From Gammaproteobacteria bacterium (lineage in GTDB: Bacteria; Pseudomonadota; Gammaproteobacteria; Arenicellales; Poriferihabitantaceae), in NCBI GenBank assembly GCA_024644945.1, contig JAHEGU010000001.1, positions 89,937-153,936 of the forward strand: DNA of 64,000 bases, in the 5' to 3' direction. The notes beneath the pieces were generated by a model. That model worked only from the letters and a program-made list of their open reading frames with translations, did no database searches and was not told the origin of the DNA. Positions 48,208 through 57,473 of the stretch are shown piece by piece. Position numbers and translations under genes: made by a program. Each line of letters opens with the position of its first letter. Position 1 is the stretch's first letter.

Positions 48208-49971
48208 TCAGTGCATCGGAAGCCCCGCGTCTTGAAGAGCCTTGATATCGGCTTCGAGTAATTTTTTATCTGCATGAAACTGGGTATTTTTCCAGGCGCT
48301 AATTATGAAATCTCGACGGATTGATAATAGTTGTTCCGCAGTTTGTTTTGCCTCTTCAGGCCTGCCGGTTTGTTGATAGATTATTACTAAATCTGTCAGG
48401 CCAAACCCGGCGTTGCGGGCGTGAAAGGATTTAAAAGCATCGATTGCTTCTTCGAACCTTCCTGCCAGTCGATAAGCGTTGCCGAGAATCCCTAAGTAAT
48501 AGCCGGGATAGTTCGGGCTCAGGGTCTTCGCTCTTTCACCTTGCGCCACCGCCTCTTCTGAGTAGCCTGAAAACGCCAATATGAAGCAGGCAAATGTTGC
48601 GGCGTCAGCCGAACCAGGGGCCACCTGAACAGCTTTTCTAATATGGGTTACGGCGTCGTCGTAGCGATCTTCCATGAGCAAACCGAGGCCTGCAGTAATG
48701 TTGGCGGCGGAATTTTCGGGATCCAGTTCAAGCGCCCGGTCTGCGTAACGGCGCGCTTTGCCGAGTGCCGTTTCCCGATCGTCCCACCAGCCAAAGCGCG
48801 CATCGGAGTAATGCTTAAAGCCGATCATGGCATTGAGCGCGGCCGAATTCGGATCAAGCTCGAGCGCCCGATTCCAGCATTCAAGCACGCGGGCGGCATT
48901 TTCCTTGGTCACCGCTTGGCGGTAAAAGGACAGGCCCTCTACCCAGTGTGTCCACGCCTCGACGTTGCTGGTTGTTGTGTAATGCAGTCGCGCCTGCTCG
49001 CCCTCGGTCAGGTTAACTTGCATCTCGGTCGCCAGGACTAACGTGATTTCGTCCTGGACCGCGAAAATGTCGTCTATGGTGCGGTCATAACGTTCAGCCC
49101 AGACGTGGGAGCCGCTGCGAGCATCGATAAGTTGCGCGGTGATGCGAATGCGGCTAGCGCTCTTTCTTACACTGCCTTCCAGAACATATCGCACATCAAG
49201 TTGCTTCGCCACGTCGCGGATGTCGACCGCCTGCTCCTTGTAGACGAAGGTAGAGTTGCGCGCAATGACCCGCAGCCCGGCCAGCTTAGAAAGGGTTGTG
49301 ATGATATCTTCGACCAGTCCGTCAGCGAAAAACTCTTGCTCAGGGTCATCGCTCATGGTGGTAAAGGGCAGAACAGCGATGGAGGGCGTGTCAGGCAGGT
49401 TTGGTGTTTCCGGTTTGGATTCAACGGGTGATTCGCTCTCGGGAATCCCGTCACCCGGTATTAAACGGACTGCATAGGCCTTGATCGGTTTATCGAATCC
49501 TTTCAGCTCGCATTCACCCAGATCCTCATAATCGAACGGTAATCGCTTTGGCACGGTCTCGCATGCGGCGCCTTGAATACATACTCCACCAGGTTCGGCC
49601 AATTGTTCCAATCGCTGCGCAAGCACGATCCCTTCTCCAGTCACGGTGTTATCCGCGACCACGACTTCACCCATGGCAATGCCAACGCGCACTATAGGGC
49701 GAATCTGGTCGCGCAGCTCTTCGATAAGAGCGGTGTTACCAGACTGGAAAGTCAGTGATGCACAGATCGCATCTGAGGCTCTGGCAAATTCCGCAACCAG
49801 TGCATCACCTCGAATCTCATGGGCGACGCCATTATAGCGGGCGATGATTTCAGAGAACCGGCGGAACGCATCCTGTATGCGCTGATGGGCCAGCGTCTCA
49901 TCCATCTGCACCAGTCCCGTAGAGCCAACAACATCAGCGTGCAGAAGAACAGCAAGTTTTCGATTGGTCAC
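48208..49971 (-). CDS. Class III cyclase / TolB-N-like / TPR protein (paralogue 3)
   Basis: The 587-aa ORF contains LAVLLHADVVGSTGL, IRGDALVAEF, RVGIAMGEVVV and PSIAVLPFTTMSDDPEQEFFADGLVEDIITTLS, followed by TPR repeats. It is closely colinear with ORF 33183-35081 but lacks the TM segment. Confidence 0.85.
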   Translation of the reverse strand: MTNRKLAVLLHADVVGSTGLVQMDETLAHQRIQDAFRRFSEIIARYNGVAHEIRGDALVAEFARASDAICASLTFQSGNTALIEELRDQIRPIVRVGIAMGEVVVADNTVTGEGIVLAQRLEQLAEPGGVCIQGAACETVPKRLPFDYEDLGECELKGFDKPIKAYAVRLIPGDGIPESESPVESKPETPNLPDTPSIAVLPFTTMSDDPEQEFFADGLVEDIITTLSKLAGLRVIARNSTFVYKEQAVDIRDVAKQLDVRYVLEGSVRKSASRIRITAQLIDARSGSHVWAERYDRTIDDIFAVQDEITLVLATEMQVNLTEGEQARLHYTTTSNVEAWTHWVEGLSFYRQAVTKENAARVLECWNRALELDPNSAALNAMIGFKHYSDARFGWWDDRETALGKARRYADRALELDPENSAANITAGLGLLMEDRYDDAVTHIRKAVQVAPGSADAATFACFILAFSGYSEEAVAQGERAKTLSPNYPGYYLGILGNAYRLAGRFEEAIDAFKSFHARNAGFGLTDLVIIYQQTGRPEEAKQTAEQLLSIRRDFIISAWKNTQFHADKKLLEADIKALQDAGLPMH

Positions 49972-50188
49972 GGAGCAGGATGTTATTCGATCTTGAGATT
50001 ATTGCAGATAGTACAGCGGTTGATAGCGATAGGCGAGTAATGTAGCTCTCTGGTCAGCAGATGGAGGATGCTTATTCTTTCAATAAAAGATGTCGACGAA
50101 GCTACACTATAATTTTTCTATCACCTTTTAGTTGTACGTACGATTTTTCTGCGATCTATTGTGCGACACTCATCTCGTAAGTTGTGGC

Positions 50189-50207
50189 TTTGGGTCAGAG
50201 TAAAATA
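50189..50207 (+). repeat. Family C intergenic repeat
   Basis: The sequence is tttgggtcagagtaaaata. Confidence 0.4.
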
Positions 50208-50476
50208 CGAAGCGTTAGCAAATTGAAATGCATAACTGATGAGGAAATTCGATGAGCGACAAGACCGCTGGTGGTGTTCACTGGGGTTTCTGTACACCGG
50301 TGGTAAAATCAGCTCGGGCAAGCAAGGAGAACCGGTGGCGGCATATGACTGATCACTTAAGCCCCTGAAATTTGGGGGCATTGGGATACAGTCTGATGCA
50401 ATAGGAGGTAAAAGCCTTGAAGTGCTGTTAACCTAGCCCTAACTATTGCAAACCCGGTATCCCTATCTAACTATTC

Positions 50477-50860
50477 GTGTATCAGTTTTTACTCCATTTT
50501 TTTCCGCTCTTCACCATCTTCCTGTTCTGTATGTCAGCGGTGTACTTCTTTCGTTACATCAATTCGGTTCGCAAGATCGAAGACCATATGGCGTTGAATC
50601 GGCCTATGGAGTGGGAGTCGATGGGAAAACCCAGTATTTTCTCTAAAAAGGATTCGGTGAAAACTGCCGAGCTTAGAAAGCTCGTTGAAACTGAAAGCGA
50701 TAACGAGAACGATATACAGGATCTACAACTTATCGTGCTCGGGGAAATCTCAAAGAAATTGAATCATCATATGCGCGTAACGCTTTGGTCTGCTTTCGGG
50801 ATGTATATTTTTACGATTTTTGCGGTAAGGTTCTTGCTTGGTCAGATGCAGGGATTTTAA
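50477..50860 (+). CDS. Hypothetical small membrane protein
   Basis: The 127-aa ORF has hydrophobic N- and C-terminal helices flanking an acidic soluble segment. No motif was recognised. Confidence 0.4.
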   Translation: MYQFLLHFFPLFTIFLFCMSAVYFFRYINSVRKIEDHMALNRPMEWESMGKPSIFSKKDSVKTAELRKLVETESDNENDIQDLQLIVLGEISKKLNHHMRVTLWSAFGMYIFTIFAVRFLLGQMQGF

Positions 50861-50866
50861 TTCATT

Positions 50867-51919
50867 CTAAACAGGCGTAACGCCATGTCCGGGTTCGTCG
50901 AACGGCGAGATGCGGTGGCCCGGCTGGTGATGAGTTCCACCCCAGTCAGCGTCAAGAATTAGCGGTTGGCGTAAATCGCAGCCAGCGATCAACAGCGCTT
51001 CTGGAACCCCGCAGGCCAGGTGCAAGTTGGCAGCAGTCGCGACATGGCCGCACCAAGGCCCGTCGATTCGCATCGGCATGCCGGCCTCGATGCAGATATC
51101 ACGCGCGGTTCTGGCGACTTCAAGACCACCTAAGAATGGCGGTTTAATGCATACCGAATGCGCAATGCCCTCGGTCGCAACTTTATTGATAGCAGGCAGG
51201 TCCGATAAACATTGATCAAACATCACCGGCTTCTTGCATTGCGCGGCCACCCGAGTGTTTTCCTCTATCGTCTTGCAGGGCTCTTCCCACACGATTCTAT
51301 GGTCATCAAATTCGGCAATGACCGAGAGCGCCGTATCGACCTTAAGCGCACTATTGAAATCGGCAAGAATCAGTTGATCCTCGGTCAGGGTGTTGAGCGC
51401 CACGCTGAATATGTCGATATCAGACTGCAGGTCACCGATACCAAGCTTGATCTGCACCACTTTCCAGCCGGTCGCCTCCGATTTCAGAGTCAGACCTGCC
51501 CGCTCTGCATCGCCACCCGACAGTGAATAATACTCTGGCACCGAATCCAGCACCCGCCCGCCAAGCAACGCATACATGGGCAGTTCCGCTTTGCGCGCCG
51601 TCCAGTCGAGGTAAGCGGTGTCGAGACCGAAAGCCAGGCCTTTAAACATTTCGTCATCCTGTTGCAGTTTTCGAATCAATACAGGAACACTTGATACGGG
51701 CGCTCCCGAGAGGGAATTCAGAATAGGTTCTTCAAGGCTCGGTGCTATTTGGTCAAATTTCCCTCTACGGATGACTTCACCCCAGCCTATACGGCCATCC
51801 GTGGTCTCAAGCCGTAACACACGCACATTGAGCTCGGTCTGGGTCACAAACGACATCACATATTCACCATGCGTAAAGTGAAATATATGATCTTCGAAGG
51901 TGACCTTTTTAATATTCAT
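50867..51919 (-). CDS. Enolase-superfamily enzyme (MR/MLE-like), function unknown
   Basis: Barrel-domain ligand pattern is present: VQIKLG, LADFNSA, WEEPC, MFDQC, CIKP. The start is probably the ATG at 51919 (MNIKKVTF). Confidence 0.7.
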   Translation of the reverse strand: MNIKKVTFEDHIFHFTHGEYVMSFVTQTELNVRVLRLETTDGRIGWGEVIRRGKFDQIAPSLEEPILNSLSGAPVSSVPVLIRKLQQDDEMFKGLAFGLDTAYLDWTARKAELPMYALLGGRVLDSVPEYYSLSGGDAERAGLTLKSEATGWKVVQIKLGIGDLQSDIDIFSVALNTLTEDQLILADFNSALKVDTALSVIAEFDDHRIVWEEPCKTIEENTRVAAQCKKPVMFDQCLSDLPAINKVATEGIAHSVCIKPPFLGGLEVARTARDICIEAGMPMRIDGPWCGHVATAANLHLACGVPEALLIAGCDLRQPLILDADWGGTHHQPGHRISPFDEPGHGVTPV

Positions 51920-51999
51920 AGAACCAAAAAGCAAAAAAGGCGACAAGAGATTAACAATTAATCCCTACGCCACCTTTTCTAGTTACTGTTTTATTTCAG

Positions 52000-52437
52000 T
52001 TAAGAAGACTCTGGCCAAACGAATTCAGGACGTAATCCCTCGTAGACCGGTCGGCCGTCATCAGGTCTTGGTACTCCAGTGGATGGATCATAAAACGCAT
52101 GATATGTCGCCGGCATAGCATCGCCATCATGCCCCATGAGATTCGGCACGATAGCGCGAATTCGATGCTGTTTGTCATCGAGCATAATGGGTGTGCCACA
52201 GGTCGAGCAGGTGCATAGCTCCAACGGTCCATCGGGGTTTTGGTCATTGAAGGGCTGGCGTTTCAGGCTGTCTGGATTATCTACTTGGAGATCGCCGTGA
52301 CTAAAAAAGACGACATGGGTAGTATCCTGTCCGGTCACCCGTTTGCAAACTGAACAGTGACAAGTGTGATTGTCTATTGGATCGTTATCAGAATTGGTAT
52401 GAATGTGGTCGCATCCACCAGTATATTGATGTGACAT
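52000..52437 (-). CDS. GFA (glutathione-dependent formaldehyde-activating / CENP-V-like) zinc-binding family protein
   Basis: The 145-aa ORF contains CHCSVCKRVTG and a later CSTCGTP cysteine cluster. Confidence 0.7.
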   Translation of the reverse strand: MSHQYTGGCDHIHTNSDNDPIDNHTCHCSVCKRVTGQDTTHVVFFSHGDLQVDNPDSLKRQPFNDQNPDGPLELCTCSTCGTPIMLDDKQHRIRAIVPNLMGHDGDAMPATYHAFYDPSTGVPRPDDGRPVYEGLRPEFVWPESS

Positions 52438-52692
52438 GGCTTTTCTCCTCTTCTTGGTGGTTTTAAGGGTTGTCGAATATAAGATTCGACAACAAGCCCT
52501 AGGAAGTATAAAGCACTGGCTTATGTGATTTAGTTAAAAAAGGTTATGGAAGGATTTTTTTGTCTTTCTCCGTTACCTTATCTAAAGAGGTGGCACTCTG
52601 GAAATGCGAAGATTATTGGATTGTTGTGATAAAGTGCACACCTGATCAATATGTTTAAGCCGCTGATATAAAAGCGGATTCGGGGGATTCAA

Positions 52693-53817
52693 ATGTCTAT
52701 CGGAGATGTTACCGATCGAATAGTACAGCTTTCCGTTTCTAAACGTGCACTGTTTGAGTCACGGTTGAGTGAGCTCGGACTCGACGACGTGATTTGCGAG
52801 TATCCCGCATTCAAGGCAATCGAGGAAGTGCCTATTGCGGGAATAGGCTCTAACAGGCTAAAACAGCCGAACGATGAATTTCCCCTAGTTGTGCACGCCC
52901 CCAGTGCGCGGCCACAGCTCACTGCGTGGATCGAGGAAAATAGTGCCTGGATCCAAGAAAACCTGCGGAAATCTGGAGCAATTTTGTTTAGAGATTTTCA
53001 TATTGATGGACCTCCGGAATTCGAGCAGTGCATAGAGCGCGCCTGCGGTAAAACTACCGACTACCCTGGCCTTGCTCAAGGTGTTGTGCTTCGACAGCAT
53101 ATTCATGGAAAGATCTATACATCGACGGAGTATTCCCCGATGTTTCGCATCCGCCTGCATAATGAATGTTCATTTGCGAACACCTGGCCGGCACAGATTT
53201 GTTTCTTCTGCGTTACTGCGCCCGAAAGTGGCGGTGAGACGCCGATTGCGGATTCACGTCGCGTACTCATGCACATCAAACAGGAAACAGTAGATCGATT
53301 GGCTAAGCATGGCATTCTATATGTCCGCAACTTCGGCTACGGGTCGTCTCGCACCTGGGAGCAGGCCTTTGCCACCACAGATAAGTCTATAGTAGAAGAG
53401 ATTTGCAGCGCAGAGGGAGTAACGTGTGAATGGTTGGATCGATCTCGGTTGCGCACTCGAGCAGTACGCCCGCCCGTTGCACGACATCCGATCACCGGCG
53501 AAGTGGTCTGGTTCAATCATATTAATGCGTCGCATATTTCGTCACTCGAACCGGGATTGCGCGATGGGTTATTAGCAGAATTTGGGAAGGACAACTTGCC
53601 GAGAAATTGCTACTACGGCGATGGCACTGACATTGATCAGACTGTTATCAATGAAATTCAGCAGGCATACGAGGCGCAAACCGAGGCTTATGGCTGGCAG
53701 CCTGGCGATTTACTTATGCTCGACAACATGTTGACATCACATGGAAGAAATCCTTTTACGGGCCAACGTAAAATTGTGGTCGGCATGGCGGGCTCAATTA
53801 AGCGAACCCGCTTGTGA
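52693..53817 (+). CDS. TauD/clavaminate-synthase-like Fe(II)/2OG dioxygenase of the NRPS-associated type
   Basis: The 374-aa ORF has an HxE facial-triad motif in RLHNECSF and a distal TSHGRNPF. The N-terminal LSVSKRALFESRL resembles leader segments seen on NRPS-associated proteins. Its stop overlaps the start of the A-T gene in the sequence GTGA. Confidence 0.7.
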   Translation: MSIGDVTDRIVQLSVSKRALFESRLSELGLDDVICEYPAFKAIEEVPIAGIGSNRLKQPNDEFPLVVHAPSARPQLTAWIEENSAWIQENLRKSGAILFRDFHIDGPPEFEQCIERACGKTTDYPGLAQGVVLRQHIHGKIYTSTEYSPMFRIRLHNECSFANTWPAQICFFCVTAPESGGETPIADSRRVLMHIKQETVDRLAKHGILYVRNFGYGSSRTWEQAFATTDKSIVEEICSAEGVTCEWLDRSRLRTRAVRPPVARHPITGEVVWFNHINASHISSLEPGLRDGLLAEFGKDNLPRNCYYGDGTDIDQTVINEIQQAYEAQTEAYGWQPGDLLMLDNMLTSHGRNPFTGQRKIVVGMAGSIKRTRL

Positions 53818-56522
53818 GAGGCAGCCAGGATTCGTCAATGCAATACTCGTCTCAATCCCAATTCCCGGCGACCCACTCGTTCGCGCAAACCAACGTACAG
53901 CTTATCAATCAGCTCAAAGACGGTTATACGGATTCAGAAATTAGTGAGGTCCAAGCTGCGTATGAACTGGCCTGTAGTCTGTTTAGCAGTATTTTTCGTG
54001 GGTGCGGAAAACCGTTCCTCGCACATGCTGTTGGCACCGCCAGCATTGTTGCCGCTTTGGATGCACCAATACAATCGGTGACCGCTGCGCTCCTTCATGC
54101 CGCCTATATGTCGGGTAACTTTGGATTCAAGGGTGGTGGTGCTTCAACCGCCAATCGCAAGCGGATTCGAGATGCAGTGGGAAAGCAAAGTGAACAGTTG
54201 ATATTGCGCTATACGGAATTTACATGGCGCAGTGCGGCGGCAATTCCCCGAATTGTGCAAGGTTTTCCCGCACTGTCCCAAACTGATAGGGATGTGCTGC
54301 TTATGCGCCTGGCCAACGAGCTAGAGGAATATCTCGACCTCGGCATGCTGTATTGTGAAGATGCGGAAAAGCGGATTCAGTTTTGCGAAATCTATGGCAG
54401 CTATATGGTCGATCTTGCGGATCGGCTTGGTATTGATAGGCTCTCCACATGGCTCACCCAGGCTTTCGATGTTGTAAAGCAGGAATCCGTTGAGCGAATC
54501 GGCGACGATTCACCCGAGCCTTTACCGCGACACTCCAGCGATCTGGCAGAAATCTCTGTAAGGCAATCTGGCCGAGCTGCGACGCAACTCCATATTCCTG
54601 AAGAAAGCGAAGTCGACTTAGAGGTTGCAAATATAAGTATCGATGACTCAATCACCTATAACTTCGAACTTCAAGCGATGCGGCATCCAGATAAAGTCGC
54701 AGTTGAATATCGTAACGGAAGTATGAGCTATCGGGAGCTTCACGAACAGACAGACCGCCTCGCACGGGGCATACTGGCCCGCTTTGGGTCAGGTAATGAT
54801 CCCGTCGTAACCCTGTGCAGACACGACCCCAATGTAGTCGTATTCGCGCTTGGCATTTTAAAGGCCAATAAGATCTGGATACCATTGGACGCGACACATC
54901 CGGCACAACGTCTGTCGTTGATTGCGCAGGACTCCAAGGCCGTTTGTATGCTGAGCGATGACACACTCACAGATCTTGCGCGATCTGTTGCGACCCATGA
55001 GCAGGCAATCCTCACATTGAGCGAGGCGATCAATAGTGGTACGGCGAGCACTTCGATACCTGAAGTCTCAGCCGACAGTATAGCTTGCGTACTGTATACC
55101 TCGGGTTCCACGGGAACGCCCAAGGGCGTGATTCACAGTCACCGCAATCTTCTTCACCTGACGCGGCGTGGTTCCAAAGCATTTAAGATTTCCCCAGACG
55201 ATCGGTTAACACTGCTGCCTTCGTGTAGCCAAATCGCCGGCATTACAGATTTGCTTCGAGCCTTACTCAACGGCGCGACTCTGTTTCCATTTGATGTGCG
55301 CGAAGACTCGATCCGAAGTCTTGGCAGCTGGTTGGTTGATCAGCGGATCTCGATCTACCATTCCTCGCCAACTTTGTTTCGATTGCTGGCTGATAATTTG
55401 TCCGAACACGATACTATTCCCAGTGTGCGGGCAATCCACCTGGGGGGTGAGGCGGTTTCTCAGGCGGATGTTGATCTATATAAAAGTCACTTCTCGCCGA
55501 CCTGCACGCTCTTGAATAACCTCGGCTGTACTGAGTTGTCGGGTTATCGACAGTTATTCATCGACCATGATTTTACCTCGAACAAGAGTGTTGTACCCGC
55601 GGGATACGCCGTTGACGACGTCGAAGTATCAGTATGTGATGAAAAGGGTGAGGACCTGCCGACCGGTCAGGTCGGAGAAATCACGGTAACCAGTCGCTAT
55701 CTCGCGCTTGGATACTGGCAGCGGCCTGAGGAAACGAACGCTTTATTCTATTGTAGTGAGAATAATCAAGGCGCTCGAACATACCATACCGGTGATATGG
55801 GTTACATGCTGGCGGACGGCTGCCTGGTTTACATCGGCCGCGGAGGTGGTCAGATACAAGTCAGAGGTAACCGAGTAGACGCTGCGGAAATAGAGGCGGC
55901 GCTCGCCGTCCATCCCGGGGTCCAACGGGTCGCGGTGAAAGTATCGCAATTTCAAAGTGAACCATTAATCGCTTACATCGTGCCCCGTGGCGATGATATT
56001 CCAAGCGTCAATGAATTACGCAATTTCGTGAAAACGAAACTGCCCACGTATATGATCCCTTCCGTAGTGTTGGTAGAAAAGTTACCGCTTACGCCTAACG
56101 GAAAGATCAACTACGAACAGCTAGGACAGCCCTCGACACTCAGTCCGCATAGTACACCAGAGCACATACCGCCCCACACCCAGACCGAAACGGCCCTTGC
56201 TCGGCTGTGGTCCGAGCTGGTGGAGCCCGAAAGAATAGGTGTGCACGACGATTTTTTCGCATTGGGTGGTGACTCATTACTCGTCACTCAGTTGGTGAAC
56301 CATATAGCGGACGAGTTCGGCATTCATGTCAGCCTACACGATGTTTTCTTACACGCCACCCTGGGCGAACTTGCGACGATTGTCGCGGCGCGAGGCATCG
56401 GTAACGCATGGAACAGGTTAAGTGATTCCGAACAACAGAGTTTATTGACCGCTCTATCCGAGGTTGAGAAACTTTCGGAGTCACAAACACAGCAGTTGCT
56501 GCAAGCATCTACATCTTTTTAA
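53814..56522 (+). CDS. NRPS-like protein: N-terminal HD-like helical domain (DUF6817-like by recollection) / adenylation domain / peptidyl carrier domain; no C or TE domain
   Basis: The 902-aa ORF has these A-domain cores: SYRELHEQ (A1), LKANKIWIPLD (A2), LYTSGSTGTPKGV (A3), YHTGDMGY (A7), GRGGGQIQVRGNRVDAAEIE (A8), LPTYMIPS (A9), LPLTPNGKINY (A10). The carrier motif is FFALGGDSLL. The N-terminal ~280 aa contain GKPFLAHAVGTASIVAALDAPIQSVTAALLHAAY. Confidence 0.85.
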   Translation: MRGSQDSSMQYSSQSQFPATHSFAQTNVQLINQLKDGYTDSEISEVQAAYELACSLFSSIFRGCGKPFLAHAVGTASIVAALDAPIQSVTAALLHAAYMSGNFGFKGGGASTANRKRIRDAVGKQSEQLILRYTEFTWRSAAAIPRIVQGFPALSQTDRDVLLMRLANELEEYLDLGMLYCEDAEKRIQFCEIYGSYMVDLADRLGIDRLSTWLTQAFDVVKQESVERIGDDSPEPLPRHSSDLAEISVRQSGRAATQLHIPEESEVDLEVANISIDDSITYNFELQAMRHPDKVAVEYRNGSMSYRELHEQTDRLARGILARFGSGNDPVVTLCRHDPNVVVFALGILKANKIWIPLDATHPAQRLSLIAQDSKAVCMLSDDTLTDLARSVATHEQAILTLSEAINSGTASTSIPEVSADSIACVLYTSGSTGTPKGVIHSHRNLLHLTRRGSKAFKISPDDRLTLLPSCSQIAGITDLLRALLNGATLFPFDVREDSIRSLGSWLVDQRISIYHSSPTLFRLLADNLSEHDTIPSVRAIHLGGEAVSQADVDLYKSHFSPTCTLLNNLGCTELSGYRQLFIDHDFTSNKSVVPAGYAVDDVEVSVCDEKGEDLPTGQVGEITVTSRYLALGYWQRPEETNALFYCSENNQGARTYHTGDMGYMLADGCLVYIGRGGGQIQVRGNRVDAAEIEAALAVHPGVQRVAVKVSQFQSEPLIAYIVPRGDDIPSVNELRNFVKTKLPTYMIPSVVLVEKLPLTPNGKINYEQLGQPSTLSPHSTPEHIPPHTQTETALARLWSELVEPERIGVHDDFFALGGDSLLVTQLVNHIADEFGIHVSLHDVFLHATLGELATIVAARGIGNAWNRLSDSEQQSLLTALSEVEKLSESQTQQLLQASTSF

Positions 56523-56557
56523 TGCGGCACGAAATATCTATCCATCAGCGCGGAGAA

Positions 56558-56932
56558 TCAGTCCGTTTCGCTATTCTCCAACATCGATTTAAGGTTAGAA
56601 AATGGATTGTAAGTCGCTGCAGGGCTTTTAATACCGTCAGCCGAGGTCGGGTTCTGCTGCGCCTCTAGCTGCCGCTGGTGTTCGTTGTCATGACAGTAGA
56701 GACACAGTAATTCCCAGTTGCTGCCGTCTTCTGGATTGTTGTCGTGATCATGGTCACGATGATGTACCGTCAACTCATGGAGATTCGCGGTGTCAAAATC
56801 GCGCGCACAGCGGCCGCATATATGAGGATACATTTTTAGCGCCTGTTCGCGATAGCCACGTTCACGTGTGGTGCTGGCGCGCCTAGCGTCGGACACAACT
56901 TGATTTAACCTGTCGTTCTTCTTTCCAACCAC
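56558..56932 (-). CDS. yajD: HNH endonuclease family protein YajD
   Basis: The ORF contains GYREQALKMYPHICGRCARDF...LTVHHRDHDHDNNPEDGSNWELLCLYCHDNEH. As I remember it, this is nearly colinear with E. coli YajD. Confidence 0.85.
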   Translation of the reverse strand: MVGKKNDRLNQVVSDARRASTTRERGYREQALKMYPHICGRCARDFDTANLHELTVHHRDHDHDNNPEDGSNWELLCLYCHDNEHQRQLEAQQNPTSADGIKSPAATYNPFSNLKSMLENSETD

Positions 56933-57097
56933 GATAGCCTCAATATTCTAGCCACACCAGATGACTATAAAATCAATCGTCTTCCCTGCGTAAACCGGAA
57001 TCCAAAATCAACAATTTGTTTGCACAGTTTATTCTCAGAAATAGGTAAACTGTCACCTGAAGTATATGATTGTAACAATATCAATGAGGAAATATTA

Positions 57098-57385
57098 ATG
57101 TCAAATGAAGGTTACCATGAACCAATCACTGAGCTCTCAGATGAGACCAGAGACATGCATCGGGCGATCACATCGCTAATGGAAGAATTAGAGGCGGTCG
57201 ACTGGTACAACCAGCGGGTAGATGCGTGCAAGGATAATGATCTAAAAGCAATACTTGCGCATAATCGTGATGAAGAAAAAGAACATGCTGCTATGGTGCT
57301 TGAATGGATTCGTCGTAAAGACCCATCTTTTGACAGCGAGCTCAAGGACTATTTATTTACCGATAAACCCATTGCACATAAGTAG
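57098..57385 (+). CDS. EncFtn-type (encapsulated-ferritin-like) ferritin-like protein, without cargo-loading peptide
   Basis: The ORF contains HEPITELSDETRDMHRAITSLMEELEAVDWYNQRVDACKDNDLKAILAHNRDEEKEHAAMVLEWIRRKDP...DYLFTDKPIAHK*. The start at the ATG at 57098 is preceded by gaggaaatatta. Confidence 0.7.
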   Translation: MSNEGYHEPITELSDETRDMHRAITSLMEELEAVDWYNQRVDACKDNDLKAILAHNRDEEKEHAAMVLEWIRRKDPSFDSELKDYLFTDKPIAHK

Positions 57386-57473
57386 GCGTCGAGGTTAAAA
57401 CTTTAGGCTCTGCAGCAGGAGAGACAAAGGAGTTTTATCGATTTCAGCAGTATTAATTAAACAGGAATACGGA

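Noticed and set aside
50121-50476. An 86-aa minus-strand ORF and a short plus-strand ORF (MSDKTAGGVHWGF...) in the spacer upstream of 50477.
   Set aside because: There are no motifs, and the region contains a family C repeat. The evidence for coding is insufficient.
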